A stretch of DNA of 64,000 nt from Schmidtea nova (GCA_044892505.1 CM097884.1:17856001-17920000), one strand, 5' to 3'. Positions 1-9,778 are shown, counted from the first letter of the stretch. Program-made: numbers and translations. Notes: generated by a model from the sequence alone, not told the origin.

Positions 1-2143
1 AGAACTAATTACAAGAAACCTCTTTTTATGACATCGGCTAATCAACAATCTTTTGATTCTGCTACTATTTGTTATCTTTGTAAGAAAACTTTAGTACAAC
101 CAGTCAGAGACCATGATCATTACACTGGTGAATTTTTGGGAGCTGCTTGTAATTCTTGTAATCAATCCCGTCGTTTATACAAGTTTTTACCCGTTATTTT
201 TCATAATTTAAAGGGTTATGACTTGCACCATATTCTTAAATATGGTTTGGCTAATTTTTCAACTTGGAAAATTTCTTGCATTCCTACAACTAGTGAAAAA
301 TTCTTGACATTGTCTGCAAGGGTTGGTGATTTAACAATTAAATTCATCGATTCTTGTCAGTTTGTAAATTCTAGTTTAAATGACGCTGTTAAGACTCTTA
401 CTTGTTTGCCTTTGACTAGATCTGAATTCACCGGGACTATTGTTGACTGTAAGGGTATTTTTCCTTATGATTTTGCAACATCTTTAGAAATTCTTAACAA
501 CACTTATGAGTTGCCACCAATCTGGAAAGGTGTTAAACAAGATGAATATGACAAGGCATTGGTGATTTGGAGGGAATCCCAGTGTCAAACTCTTTGTGAC
601 TATATGATGGTCTACCTTAAACTGGATGTTTTTCTTCTTGCTGATTTCTTTCAACAGTTTAGGGCTAAATCTATAGCTCACAATAGACTTGAGCCTTTGA
701 ATTTCTTGGGGATTCCAGGTATGTCGTGGGCTTCTGCGCTTATTACCTTGGAAGAACCTATTGAGTTGCTCCAGGATATGGAGATTTATAATTTTTTCGA
801 AGGGGGGATCCGTGGTGGATTGACATTTGTCAACAAGCATCACGTAGTATCCTCCGAAACGACTGAACTTTTATATATTGACATAAATAATTTATACGGG
901 TGGGCTCTAAGTCAAAAATTACCTTATGGTGAATTTAGTTGGATCACAGATCAAAATAAATTTAATTAATTAATTAAATTAATGGATGCTGATTTGGCTA
1001 TTTTGACTTATGGCGTGACTTTTGAAGTGGATCTTGAAATCCCTTCAGAAATTCACGATAAATTAAATGATTTTCCGGTTGCAGCAGAGAAAATGTGTGC
1101 TCCCGGTTCAAAAGTTGAGAAGTTAATGCTTACGCATTATCCAAAGTTCAACTATGTTGTTCATTGGAGGCTTCTCAAGCTTTTTGTTTCTTTGGGTGTT
1201 AAAATAACACGAGTTCATCGGGCTGTTCAGTACAAACAGAAACCCATCTTTAAAAAATACATAGATACGAACACTGAACTTAGGGCAGCTTCTTCTACGG
1301 CTTTAGATAAAAACTATTACAAACTCTTGAATAATAGTCTTTATGGGAAAACGGTTGAAAATCTTAAAAAACGACTTAATTTACGACTTTGTAATTCAGC
1401 ATCAAAACTGATTACATATACTTCAAAACCTACCTTTAAAAAAAACTTATAGAATTGATGATGACCTAGTTTCTGTCTTGCTTAATAAGGACTCTGTGTG
1501 TTTAGATAGACCCAGCTACATTGGTCAAACTGTACTGGATTTATCTAAACTTAGGATGTACCAGCTGCAGTATGAAGAGTTACAAAAATATCGTAACGAA
1601 TTCAACTGCGAAATTAACATCGTTGCTGGTGACACCGATTCATTTTTTCTTGAGATTAGAAATTGTAAGCTTGATATTCTTTTACCGGCCATGATAAGAG
1701 ATAACTTACTTGACACTTCTAATTATGATCCGAATCACCCATTATACAGTAGGAACCTAGATTCCGTCATTGGTAAATTCAAAGACGAGAATAAAGGATT
1801 CAAGTATGATGAGTGGGTATTCCTTAGGCCAAAGTGTTACAGTCTTTTAGGTGATGAAGAGTGCATTAAGGCTAAGGGTATAACATTGAAGGATACTAAA
1901 CTGAATCATCAGTCGTATCTGGATTGTTATAATAATAATTCAATAGTTTCTGTTGATCAGTCGAGAATAGTTAGTAAGAATCATCAACTCTTTACTAATA
2001 AATCTTCTAAGATTGCCTTGACTAATCTTGACGACAAAAGACTTTGGGTGGGAAAAAATGTTAGTCTGGCTTATGGACATTATAAGGGAATTGATGTGGT
2101 TATGGGTGTGCGTGAAGATGCTGCTGATGAACAATTTGCCTGA
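1..2143 (+). pseudogene. polB: Protein-primed family B DNA polymerase (Polinton/adintovirus-like, copy A), open beyond the window start; one in-frame stop (967-969) and one +1 frameshift (A-run at about 1438-1445)
   Basis: EndoVII-like insert CYLC..RDHDHYTG..CNSCN; ExoII FHNLKGYD; ExoIII YLKLDV; motif A YIDINNLYG; motif B KLLNNSLYGK; motif C AGDTDS. ORFs 28-969 and 982-1452 share a frame; 1478-2143 is shifted. Confidence 0.93.
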
Positions 2144-2560
2144 AGATTTATTTAAATAAAGTTTTATTTTTAAATACTTTGTGTTTTTTGTTGTTTTTCT
2201 AGTTAATATTACTTTTTATTGTTGAACGTTAAATTCTGGTTATTTATATGTAAAAGATCTTGAATTTTAACCATTTTTAACCAAGTAAGGTTTTTTCATG
2301 TTAAATTTACCATAGAAGACCAATTTTTCATGTTTTTACTTTTTGACCCTTTTTTGTTCGCCATTGAATTCCCAGTAGATTGGTATAAAAATTATTTAAA
2401 TCCGAGCATTTTTGAAATTTTTGGGTAAAAATTTGAAAAAATTAATTTATTTTATATTTTTTGTAAAAATTATGAAAAAATAAATAAAAATTATTAAATT
2501 ACAGTATTATATCATCAATTGCGTAAGGGATTTCGTGTTATGTAAGAATTTATGTTTTTG

Positions 2561-2905
2561 TAAATAACTACGTAATAATTACGTAATAATTACGTAATAA
2601 TTATGTAATAATTGCATAATAATGACGTAATAATTACGTAATAGTTGCGTAACAATTATTTAATAATGACGTAATAGTTACGTAATAATGACGTAATAAT
2701 TACATAATAATGACGTGATAATTACGTAACAGTTGCGTAACAATTACGTAATAATGACGTAATAGTTACGTAATAATGCTGTAATAATTACGTAATAATT
2801 ACGTAACGATTACGTAACAGTTACGTAATAATATAAAAATACGTAATTTGGGGGTGGGTGGGGGGTGGGGGGGTTGGCAACTGTATAATTATTACGTAAT
2901 ATATA
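2561..2905. repeat. Subterminal tandem array of an 11-bp unit (ACGTAATAATT-like) with TTACGTAA/TGACGTAA cores
   Basis: About 24 imperfect 11-bp units read directly in 2561-2831, plus scattered copies to about 2900. Confidence 0.9.
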
Positions 2906-2953
2906 CAGTTTAGGGATAAATGGCTTGGCCCCGTGTCCTCACTATCCCCTACT
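2850..2953 (+). mobile_element. Right terminus of element A (G-tract, then ...CTATCCCCTACT; reads AGTAGG from the end)
   Basis: The same terminal sequence recurs at 19720-19772, and the two copies diverge immediately after CCCCTACT. 5'-AG/AGT termini are typical of Polintons. Confidence 0.75.
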
Positions 2954-4332
2954 ATTGATATAAATAATTTATATGGGTGGGCCTTAAGCCAACCCCTGCC
3001 TTGTGGTAATTTTGAGTGGGTCACTGATGACCAATTATTAAATAATATCGTTTGTGAGTGCACATCGGAAAATCTCGATACACTTCATTATGGTTACACC
3101 ATAGAAGTGGATTTGGAAATTCCGGCATCGATTCACGACAAACTGGATGATCTTCCAGTTGCCGCTGAAAAGATGTGTGCACCGGGATCCAAGGTTGAGA
3201 AGCTGTTGCTAACGCATCTTCCAAAGAAGAATTATGTTCTTCATTGGCGGCTTCTGCAACTATTTATTAAAATTGGTGTGAAGGTAACGCACATACATCG
3301 CGCTATTAAATTTACACAAAATAAAATCTTTTTTAATTACATAAAAATTAACACAGACTTACGAGCTGCATCAACAAATAAGCTCGATAAGAATTTTTAT
3401 AAATTATTAAATAATAGTCTCTACGGCAAAACCGTAGAGAACTTAAAAAAACGAATAAATTTACGATTGTGTAACTCGGCACAAAAACTGCTGACTTACA
3501 CGTCGAAAGCTAATTTTAAAAAAACTACCAAAATCGACAATGATCTCATCTCCGTATTGCTTCAGAAGGAATCAGTATGTTTGGATAGACCCAGCTACAT
3601 CGGACAAACCGTACTGGATTTATCCAAACTTCGTATGTACCAGCTGCAGTATGAAGAGTTACAAAAATATCGTAACGACTTCAACTGCGAAATTAACATC
3701 GTTGCTGATACTGATTCCTTCTTCTTGGAAATCAAAAATCTGCCTTTAAACACTCTTTTGACCGCCATGATTCGAGATAGGCTTTTGGATACTTCAAATT
3801 ACGACACTCATCATGCATTGTATAGTAGGACCCTTGATTCTGTGATTGGTAAATTTAAGGATGAGAATAAGGGTCTACTGTATGATGAGTGGGTTTTCTT
3901 AAGACCTAAGTGCTATAGTCTTATGGGAGACGAGGCCTGCATGAAAGCCAAGGGTATCTGTTTGAAAGATGCAGGTCTCACACACCAGTCTTACCTTGAC
4001 TGTTTTTTAAATGATAAAATATTTAATGTCCCCCAGTTCCGAATTACGAGCAAAAACCACCAACTTTTCAGTATTAAAAGCAATAAGAGAGCCTTATCTT
4101 GTAGGGATGATAAAAGGAACTGGGTGGATAAAAATAAAAGTTTGGCGTATGGTCATTATATGGGGGGTGACACCACTATATTTGTAGGTGATCGAGATGG
4201 AACAAACCAACAACAACAACAACAACAACAGATTCAACAACAGCTTCAACAACAACAACAACAACAAGGTCCCTCAGATGACCCATATGATTTTTATGAC
4301 CCGACGGCACGGGATTATTTTGGATAATGCGA

Positions 4333-4369
<37 letters not shown>

Positions 4370-4430
4370 CGACGGTGACAATGACAATCAGGATAATGAA
4401 AAAACAAAAAAAAAACAAAAAAAAATATAA
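2954..4430 (+). pseudogene. polB: 3' half of a second, related pPolB (copy B), starting abruptly in motif A; poly-Q then (after a probable +1 slip at about 4318-4321) poly-D C-terminal tail
   Basis: IDINNLYGWAL begins exactly after the element A terminus; KLLNNSLYGK; VADTDS (Gly of GDTDS missing). Colinear with copy A. Confidence 0.9.
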
Positions 4431-4516
4431 AAGATATAGAAAAAAATCAAAAAAAAAAGATTAAACCGAAAGATTAAACCGAAAGATTAAACCGAAAGAT
4501 ATGAGAACGTACAATC

Positions 4517-4532
4517 GGCCCTCTTCAGGGCC
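4517..4532 (+). terminator. Histone-mRNA-type 3' stem-loop 1 (GGCCCT-CTTC-AGGGCC, followed by ACAA)
   Basis: 6-bp stem and 4-nt loop fitting GGYYYU-YYUN-ARRRCC; about 86 nt after the acidic-tail stop. Function inferred. Confidence 0.6.
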
Positions 4533-4722
4533 ACAATTTATGATTGTATAAAAATATTAAATAATAAGTTTTAGAAAATTTAGCTGACCGAAATCAGAAA
4601 TGAAACAAATAATTACCGAAACCGAAAAAATAAAAAAATTAACAGATTACAGAAAACGAAAAGAAAAAACAGAAATCAAAAAGATCAAACAGAAAGCAGA
4701 TTCAAATTGGGAAAGTAATAAC

Positions 4723-4738
4723 GGTCCTCTTTAGGGCC
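4723..4738 (+). terminator. Histone-mRNA-type 3' stem-loop 2 (GGTCCT-CTTT-AGGGCC)
   Basis: Same 6+4+6 geometry with one G-U pair; shares the downstream motif TGATTGTATA with stem-loop 1. Confidence 0.55.
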
Positions 4739-4876
4739 TATACATTTTGATTGTATAATAAATTGCGCAATCAATTAAAACTATGGAATTATTTTTTAGT
4801 TTTTTTTTTGTTTAAAATTGTTCTTAGTTATTATTATTTTTTTTTTATAAGTTATTTTTATAAGTTATTTTCATTA

Positions 4877-5371
4877 NNNNNNNNNNNNNNNNNNNNNNNN
4901 NNNNNNNNNNNNNNNNNNNNNNNNNNNNNNNNNNNNNNNNNNNNNNNNNNNNNNNNNNNNNNNNNNNNNNNNNNNNNNNNNNNNNNNNNNNNNNNNNNNN
5001 NNNNNNNNNNNNNNNNNNNNNNNNNNNNNNNNNNNNNNNNNNNNNNNNNNNNNNNNNNNNNNNNNNNNNNNNNNNNNNNNNNNNNNNNNNNNNNNNNNNN
5101 NNNNNNNNNNNNNNNNNNNNNNNNNNNNNNNNNNNNNNNNNNNNNNNNNNNNNNNNNNNNNNNNNNNNNNNNNNNNNNNNNNNNNNNNNNNNNNNNNNNN
5201 NNNNNNNNNNNNNNNNNNNNNNNNNNNNNNNNNNNNNNNNNNNNNNNNNNNNNNNNNNNNNNNNNNNNNNNNNNNNNNNNNNNNNNNNNNNNNNNNNNNN
5301 NNNNNNNNNNNNNNNNNNNNNNNNNNNNNNNNNNNNNNNNNNNNNNNNNNNNNNNNNNNNNNNNNNNNNNN
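4877..5371. other. Assembly gap (N run)
   Basis: 495 N. Confidence 1.
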
Positions 5372-5398
5372 TTATAATTATTATTATTACAAGTTATT

Positions 5399-5730
5399 NN
5401 NNNNNNNNNNNNNNNNNNNNNNNNNNNNNNNNNNNNNNNNNNNNNNNNNNNNNNNNNNNNNNNNNNNNNNNNNNNNNNNNNNNNNNNNNNNNNNNNNNNN
5501 NNNNNNNNNNNNNNNNNNNNNNNNNNNNNNNNNNNNNNNNNNNNNNNNNNNNNNNNNNNNNNNNNNNNNNNNNNNNNNNNNNNNNNNNNNNNNNNNNNNN
5601 NNNNNNNNNNNNNNNNNNNNNNNNNNNNNNNNNNNNNNNNNNNNNNNNNNNNNNNNNNNNNNNNNNNNNNNNNNNNNNNNNNNNNNNNNNNNNNNNNNNN
5701 NNNNNNNNNNNNNNNNNNNNNNNNNNNNNN
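5399..5730. other. Assembly gap (N run)
   Basis: 332 N. Confidence 1.
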
Positions 5731-5990
5731 ACGTACACAACGATATATTTATAAATTGCATGTGTATTGCAATGTCTTTGTTCATGTTGCACGCGTGTTG
5801 CAAAGTCCTTGCACGTGTGTTGCAATGTCTTTGTTAACTTGCACGCATGTTGCAAAGTCTTTGTTTAGTTTGAAAGATAATAATAATAATTAAATAAAAA
5901 ACATTAGTAGCAGAACATTTAGTATCAGAACCCTGGAAGCAGAACATTGCGATCAGAACCCTGGAAGCAGAACCTCTTCTGTGATGGTTT
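5731..5990. repeat. Short imperfect tandem repeats (TTGCAAAGTCTTTGTT-like; about 27-bp TCAGAACCCTGGAAGCAGAAC)
   Basis: Read directly; the first motif recurs at about 7180-7245. Confidence 0.7.
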
Positions 5991-6212
5991 TGAAGTGCAA
6001 AAGCTTCATACTTGACAAATAATAATTAATTAAAAATGCACACATATAAAAATTTCTTTGTTTAGTTTGCACACCTGTTGTAAATATTTTTGATGACTCT
6101 AATTTTGTCTTATAAAAAAATTTGACTAAAAATAATTTGTCTTAAAAAAATTCGTCTTAAAAAATTTGTCTTAAAAAAATTTGTAAAAAAAAAATTTTTC
6201 AAAAAAAAAAAA

Positions 6213-6353
6213 TTTGGCCTGAAAAAAATAAATTTTTGAAAAAAAAATTTGGCGCAAAAAAAATTTTTGAAAAAAAAATTTGGCGCGAAAAAAATTTTGA
6301 AAAAAAAATTTGGCGCGAAAAAAAAATTTTGAAAAAAAAAATTTGGCGCGAAA
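6213..6353. promoter_or_regulatory. Tandem array of E2F-consensus sites (TTTGGCGCGAAA) in A/T-tract spacers
   Basis: 3 perfect TTTGGCGCGAAA, 1 TTTGGCGCAAAA and 1 degenerate copy, period about 30-32 bp. TTTSSCGC is the E2F consensus; binding is not shown. Confidence 0.55.
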
Positions 6354-6374
6354 AAAAATTTTGAAAAAAAAAAT

Positions 6375-6544
6375 TATGACTCATCGATGACTCATCAAAA
6401 AAAAAGTATGACTCATCGATGCCTCATCGATGACTCATCAAAAAAAATTTCTACCCCCCGGGGGGAGGGGGGTCTTTCTTCTTTTTTTCCCGCCCACGCA
6501 TGAGTCATAATGTCTTTGTTCCCGGCTCCACACATCTACCTACT
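6375..6544 (+). mobile_element. Putative right terminus of element B: ATGACTCAT cluster, G6AG6 tract, ...TCTTTGTTCCCGGCTCC..CCTACT
   Basis: Same layout as 2850-2953; the last 35 or so bases are similar to 8085-8118. Confidence 0.6.
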
Positions 6545-6997
6545 GTTCATAAAATGCAAAATCTTTTCAGTAAATTGAGTCCAATTAAAATGAAACCAGT
6601 TAGGAACGATAACAAATCAACTCAAAAAAAATTTGATTTACGACCGGTTCAGATGTTTCACGATTACCAAATGTTTTTCTTGGTAAACTAAATCTCTTTC
6701 AAGGTCCCAAATCCGGTAAAGCTTTCGACTTCGCAATATTCCAACTTGATTGGTCAGATTTATAAAGAAGATGTTGTTGCAATCAATAAAGTGTTGACGA
6801 AAATCAACAAGAAATTATCTTGCAATGAAACTATATTCATCAACAACAGGAACACCGAATTTCATGATGCATTTCAATCAGTTGAATATACGGATAATGA
6901 AAATTGGTTTATTGATATATCCATCCAAGGATATAAAATCGATCCAAAAGAATCAATGTCTCCAATTTGGAAGATAAAAAGCGCAAGAATTGCATAG
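6545..6997 (+). pseudogene. Fragment of an unknown small element ORF (in-frame stop at 6689-6691), possibly an OB-fold ssDNA-binding protein
   Basis: ORFs 6500-6691 and 6746-6997 are in the same frame. C-terminal DISIQGYKIDPKESMSPIWKIKSARI loosely recalls T7 gp2.5-like viral SSB ends. Confidence 0.3.
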
Positions 6998-7256
6998 TTG
7001 GAATAACATTGTTGTCATATATATATGTGTATTTATTAATAAATGTTGATTAATTCTCACTTTGTGTTTTTGAAAAAATGTTTTGTAAAATTTTATGTTT
7101 TTTAAAAAATTTTAAGTTTTTTATGTTTTTGAATTTTTGACCTTAAAAATGTTAAAATTCCCTAAAAATTAGTCTTTGTTTCTTTGCATTCACTTTGCAA
7201 AGTCTTTGTTAATTTGCACGTGCATTGCTATATCTTTGTTAATATTTGTTTTTGTT

Positions 7257-7529
7257 GATGAGTCATACTGATGAGTCATACCAATGAATCATACCGATGA
7301 GTCATACTGATGCGTCATATTGATGAGTCATACTGATGAGTCATACTGATGAATCATACTGATGCGTCATATTGATGAGTCATACTGATGAGTCATATTG
7401 ATGAGTCATACTGATGCGTCATATTGATGAGTCATACTGATGAGTCATGTAGATGAGTCATGTAGATGAGTCATGTAGATGAGTCATACCAATGAGTCAT
7501 CCAGATAAATCATACCGATGAGTCATTAG
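7257..7529. repeat. Tandem array of a 13-bp unit GATGAGTCATACT (AP-1/TRE core TGAGTCA)
   Basis: 21 units counted, 15 with a perfect TGAGTCA. Confidence 0.92.
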
Positions 7530-7549
7530 GAAAACAATTTAATCTTCAA

Positions 7550-7709
7550 TGGTATGACCATTATACTCACCCTTCAATTACCTTTTGTTTGATATGTATA
7601 TTATAAGGTTTGAAAATGGTTGAAGGTTTTGAACTGTCGAAGGTTAAGGATCATCCATACACCTTCGAGGGTATCCCATCTTACTTACCTCCCAATTACC
7701 TTTTGTTTG

Positions 7710-7742
<33 letters not shown>

Positions 7743-7815
7743 GGATTGTAAAAGGTTGAAGGTTTTTGACCCTTGAAGGTTAAGGACCCTCCATACACCT
7801 TCGAGGGTATGACCA
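7550..7815. repeat. Imperfect direct dimer of about 130 bp, with a (TA)n expansion in the second unit
   Basis: CAATTACCTTTTGTTTGATAT...GGTTGAAGGTTTT...CCATACACCTTCGAGGGTAT occurs twice. Confidence 0.8.
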
Positions 7816-7899
7816 TTGTATAGACCTCTCCAAGACCTTTCGAATGATACCCTTGTTTGAAAGTTTGACCTTATTTGACCCTTGAGAATTTAAATTTAA

Positions 7900-8118
7900 A
7901 ATTTAAATTTGAAATGAGTCATCGATGACGTCATAAAATTCAAATTTGAAATGAGTCATCGATGGTGTGTGTGTAAAAAAAAAATTTTATGACTCATCGT
8001 CTGTGTGTGTAAAAAAAAATAGGGGGGGTTGCAAAAAAAAGGGGGGAGGGGTATGTTCTTTGTTACGTCATCGATTACGTAATAGTTCTTTGTTCCCGGC
8101 TCCTCATGTCTGCCTACT
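7900..8118 (+). mobile_element. Putative right terminus of a third element (C): AP-1/CRE sites, G-tracts, ...CCTACT
   Basis: TCTTTGTTCCCGGCTCCTCATGTCTGCCTACT matches 6513-6544; G-tract ends about 67 nt before the end. Confidence 0.6.
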
Positions 8119-8930
8119 CATATATACAAAAACAAATGAAATGATTAAATCATTCAATTCAAGGTTTCTAAGATTAGAATCACACGATGGACCATGTTAT
8201 TAGAAAGAGAAGTGCAGAGTTGAAATAAAATCATAATGTAATATCTGGTATATTTACTCATTTGAAATCTTTAGATCCAATAATTAAAAAAAGTTCTATA
8301 GGGTCAATTCATGTTGTAGTAAAGATTATTCAAACACCTTGTATTGTATTTAATAATATTAACTTCTTAAGGGGTTTATTTCGTCAAACGAAATAAAAAG
8401 TTTATAATTTTTTACCAAAATAAAGTTATAAACCCAAACACAAAACAGGTCCAAACACGTACTGCACAAGCACTGATCCGATAAATGTAAGTATTTATAT
8501 TGTAAGTATTTATACACAATTTAACTTTATGCGAATATATTCGTCTTATGCGTTTTGTAATGCATATGTTGATGACGTATATATCCGTCATAGCCACTTA
8601 AGAGGCTAATAGTGTTTTGAAATTGTTTATAAAAGATCATTTGAAAGAACCTATAGGCATAAAGATTGGTGATATTGTTATATATGGGTTGACATCAACT
8701 GGTGTATATTTTAATCGAAATAAATCAGATACCAAATTTCATTTCAAGAATATTAGAATTGAATTTTCAATTGGTGCTGTAGAATATATTGATCTTTTAT
8801 ATTATGAAAAATTAATTGATAATCAATCTATTCAAACTGCTTTGAAAATATATATGGACACATGTTAAAACAAAGAGAACATGTTTTACTAATAAAAGAT
8901 AACAAAGTATATTAAATTACAAATACTAAA

Positions 8931-9636
8931 ATGAATGAAGTAAAAGAAGACTTTATTACTCCAGAAGTACATTATTCAAATTTACAAAAGCTTTACAAAC
9001 AAACAAAGCTTTATTGAAAATGTAAACAATAATGACAACAACAAACCAAGTGCTCCAATAGAAAGTAATTTATATGAAATGTACAAACAAAGCAAAATTA
9101 ACGAATTTACAAGAGAACAAAAGAAACTTCAAGATTTTTTATTCCATTATAAAAAATTAAAACGTAGATGGACTAGAACCGATTCTTCAATTAAAATAGC
9201 TGGTATTTCTTTGGGTTTTATTCTTACTTGTTGTTCTGTTGTCATTGCTCCTTTGAGTGCTTTTGGTTTTGGAACTGTTATAATTATTCTAAGTTCAGTT
9301 ACAGATGGAATAAGTGCCCTAGATTTATTTTTAACAGAAGCAATTTCTATTGGTTTAACAAGTAAAAAGAAAAGACATTATAGAGAAGTATGTTTGGAAT
9401 TAGAACTTGGAATAAATAAATTATATCTATATCAAAACAAAGCCATGAGTGGTGACAATTTAACAAATGAAGAAATAGAAACTAGTAAAATTATTATTGA
9501 ACAAGTAAACAAAATAAAATATTCAAAAGAAGTAGATAAAGAAGTTGGAATGATTAAAAAAGAAGTAAAGAAAGATTTGGCTGATAAAATACAAAAAGAT
9601 TATAAATCAAAATTACAAAAATTAAATGAGATTTGA
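8931..9636 (+). pseudogene. Element-associated membrane/coiled-coil protein with a PSAP motif, frameshifted by an 11-bp duplication near 9000
   Basis: ORF 9079-9636 has a long hydrophobic segment (IAGISLGFILTCCSVVIAPLSAFGFGTVIIILSSV) then KKKRH and a coiled coil; KPSAP lies in frame upstream. Confidence 0.55.
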
Positions 9637-9661
9637 TGTTTATAAAATAATAATTATAAAA

Positions 9662-9778
9662 ATGGATCGTCAGAGCGGTCAATATTTTTGCAATTATTGT
9701 GATTCAATTTTTAATGAATATGGTGAATATTTTCAACACAAAACATCAATTGAACATGAAAATAATCTTGATGAATAA
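9662..9778 (+). CDS. 38-aa U1/matrin-type C2H2 zinc-finger ORF
   Basis: Hand translation MDRQSGQYFCNYCDSIFNEYGEYFQHKTSIEHENNLDE gives C-x2-C-x12-H-x5-H; too short for the ORF track. Confidence 0.55.
   Translation: MDRQSGQYFCNYCDSIFNEYGEYFQHKTSIEHENNLDE

Noticed and set aside
484-843. Antisense ORF conserved in copy A2 (17615-17923)
   Set aside because: Shadow of the sense polB frame in closely related copies.
4751-5855. Long ORFs in the track
   Set aside because: They run through N gaps.
7257-7529. Repeated CTGATGAG resembling hammerhead ribozyme cores, or a CRISPR-like array
   Set aside because: No GAAA or helix II/III partner, and no unique spacers; it is a simple 13-bp tandem repeat.
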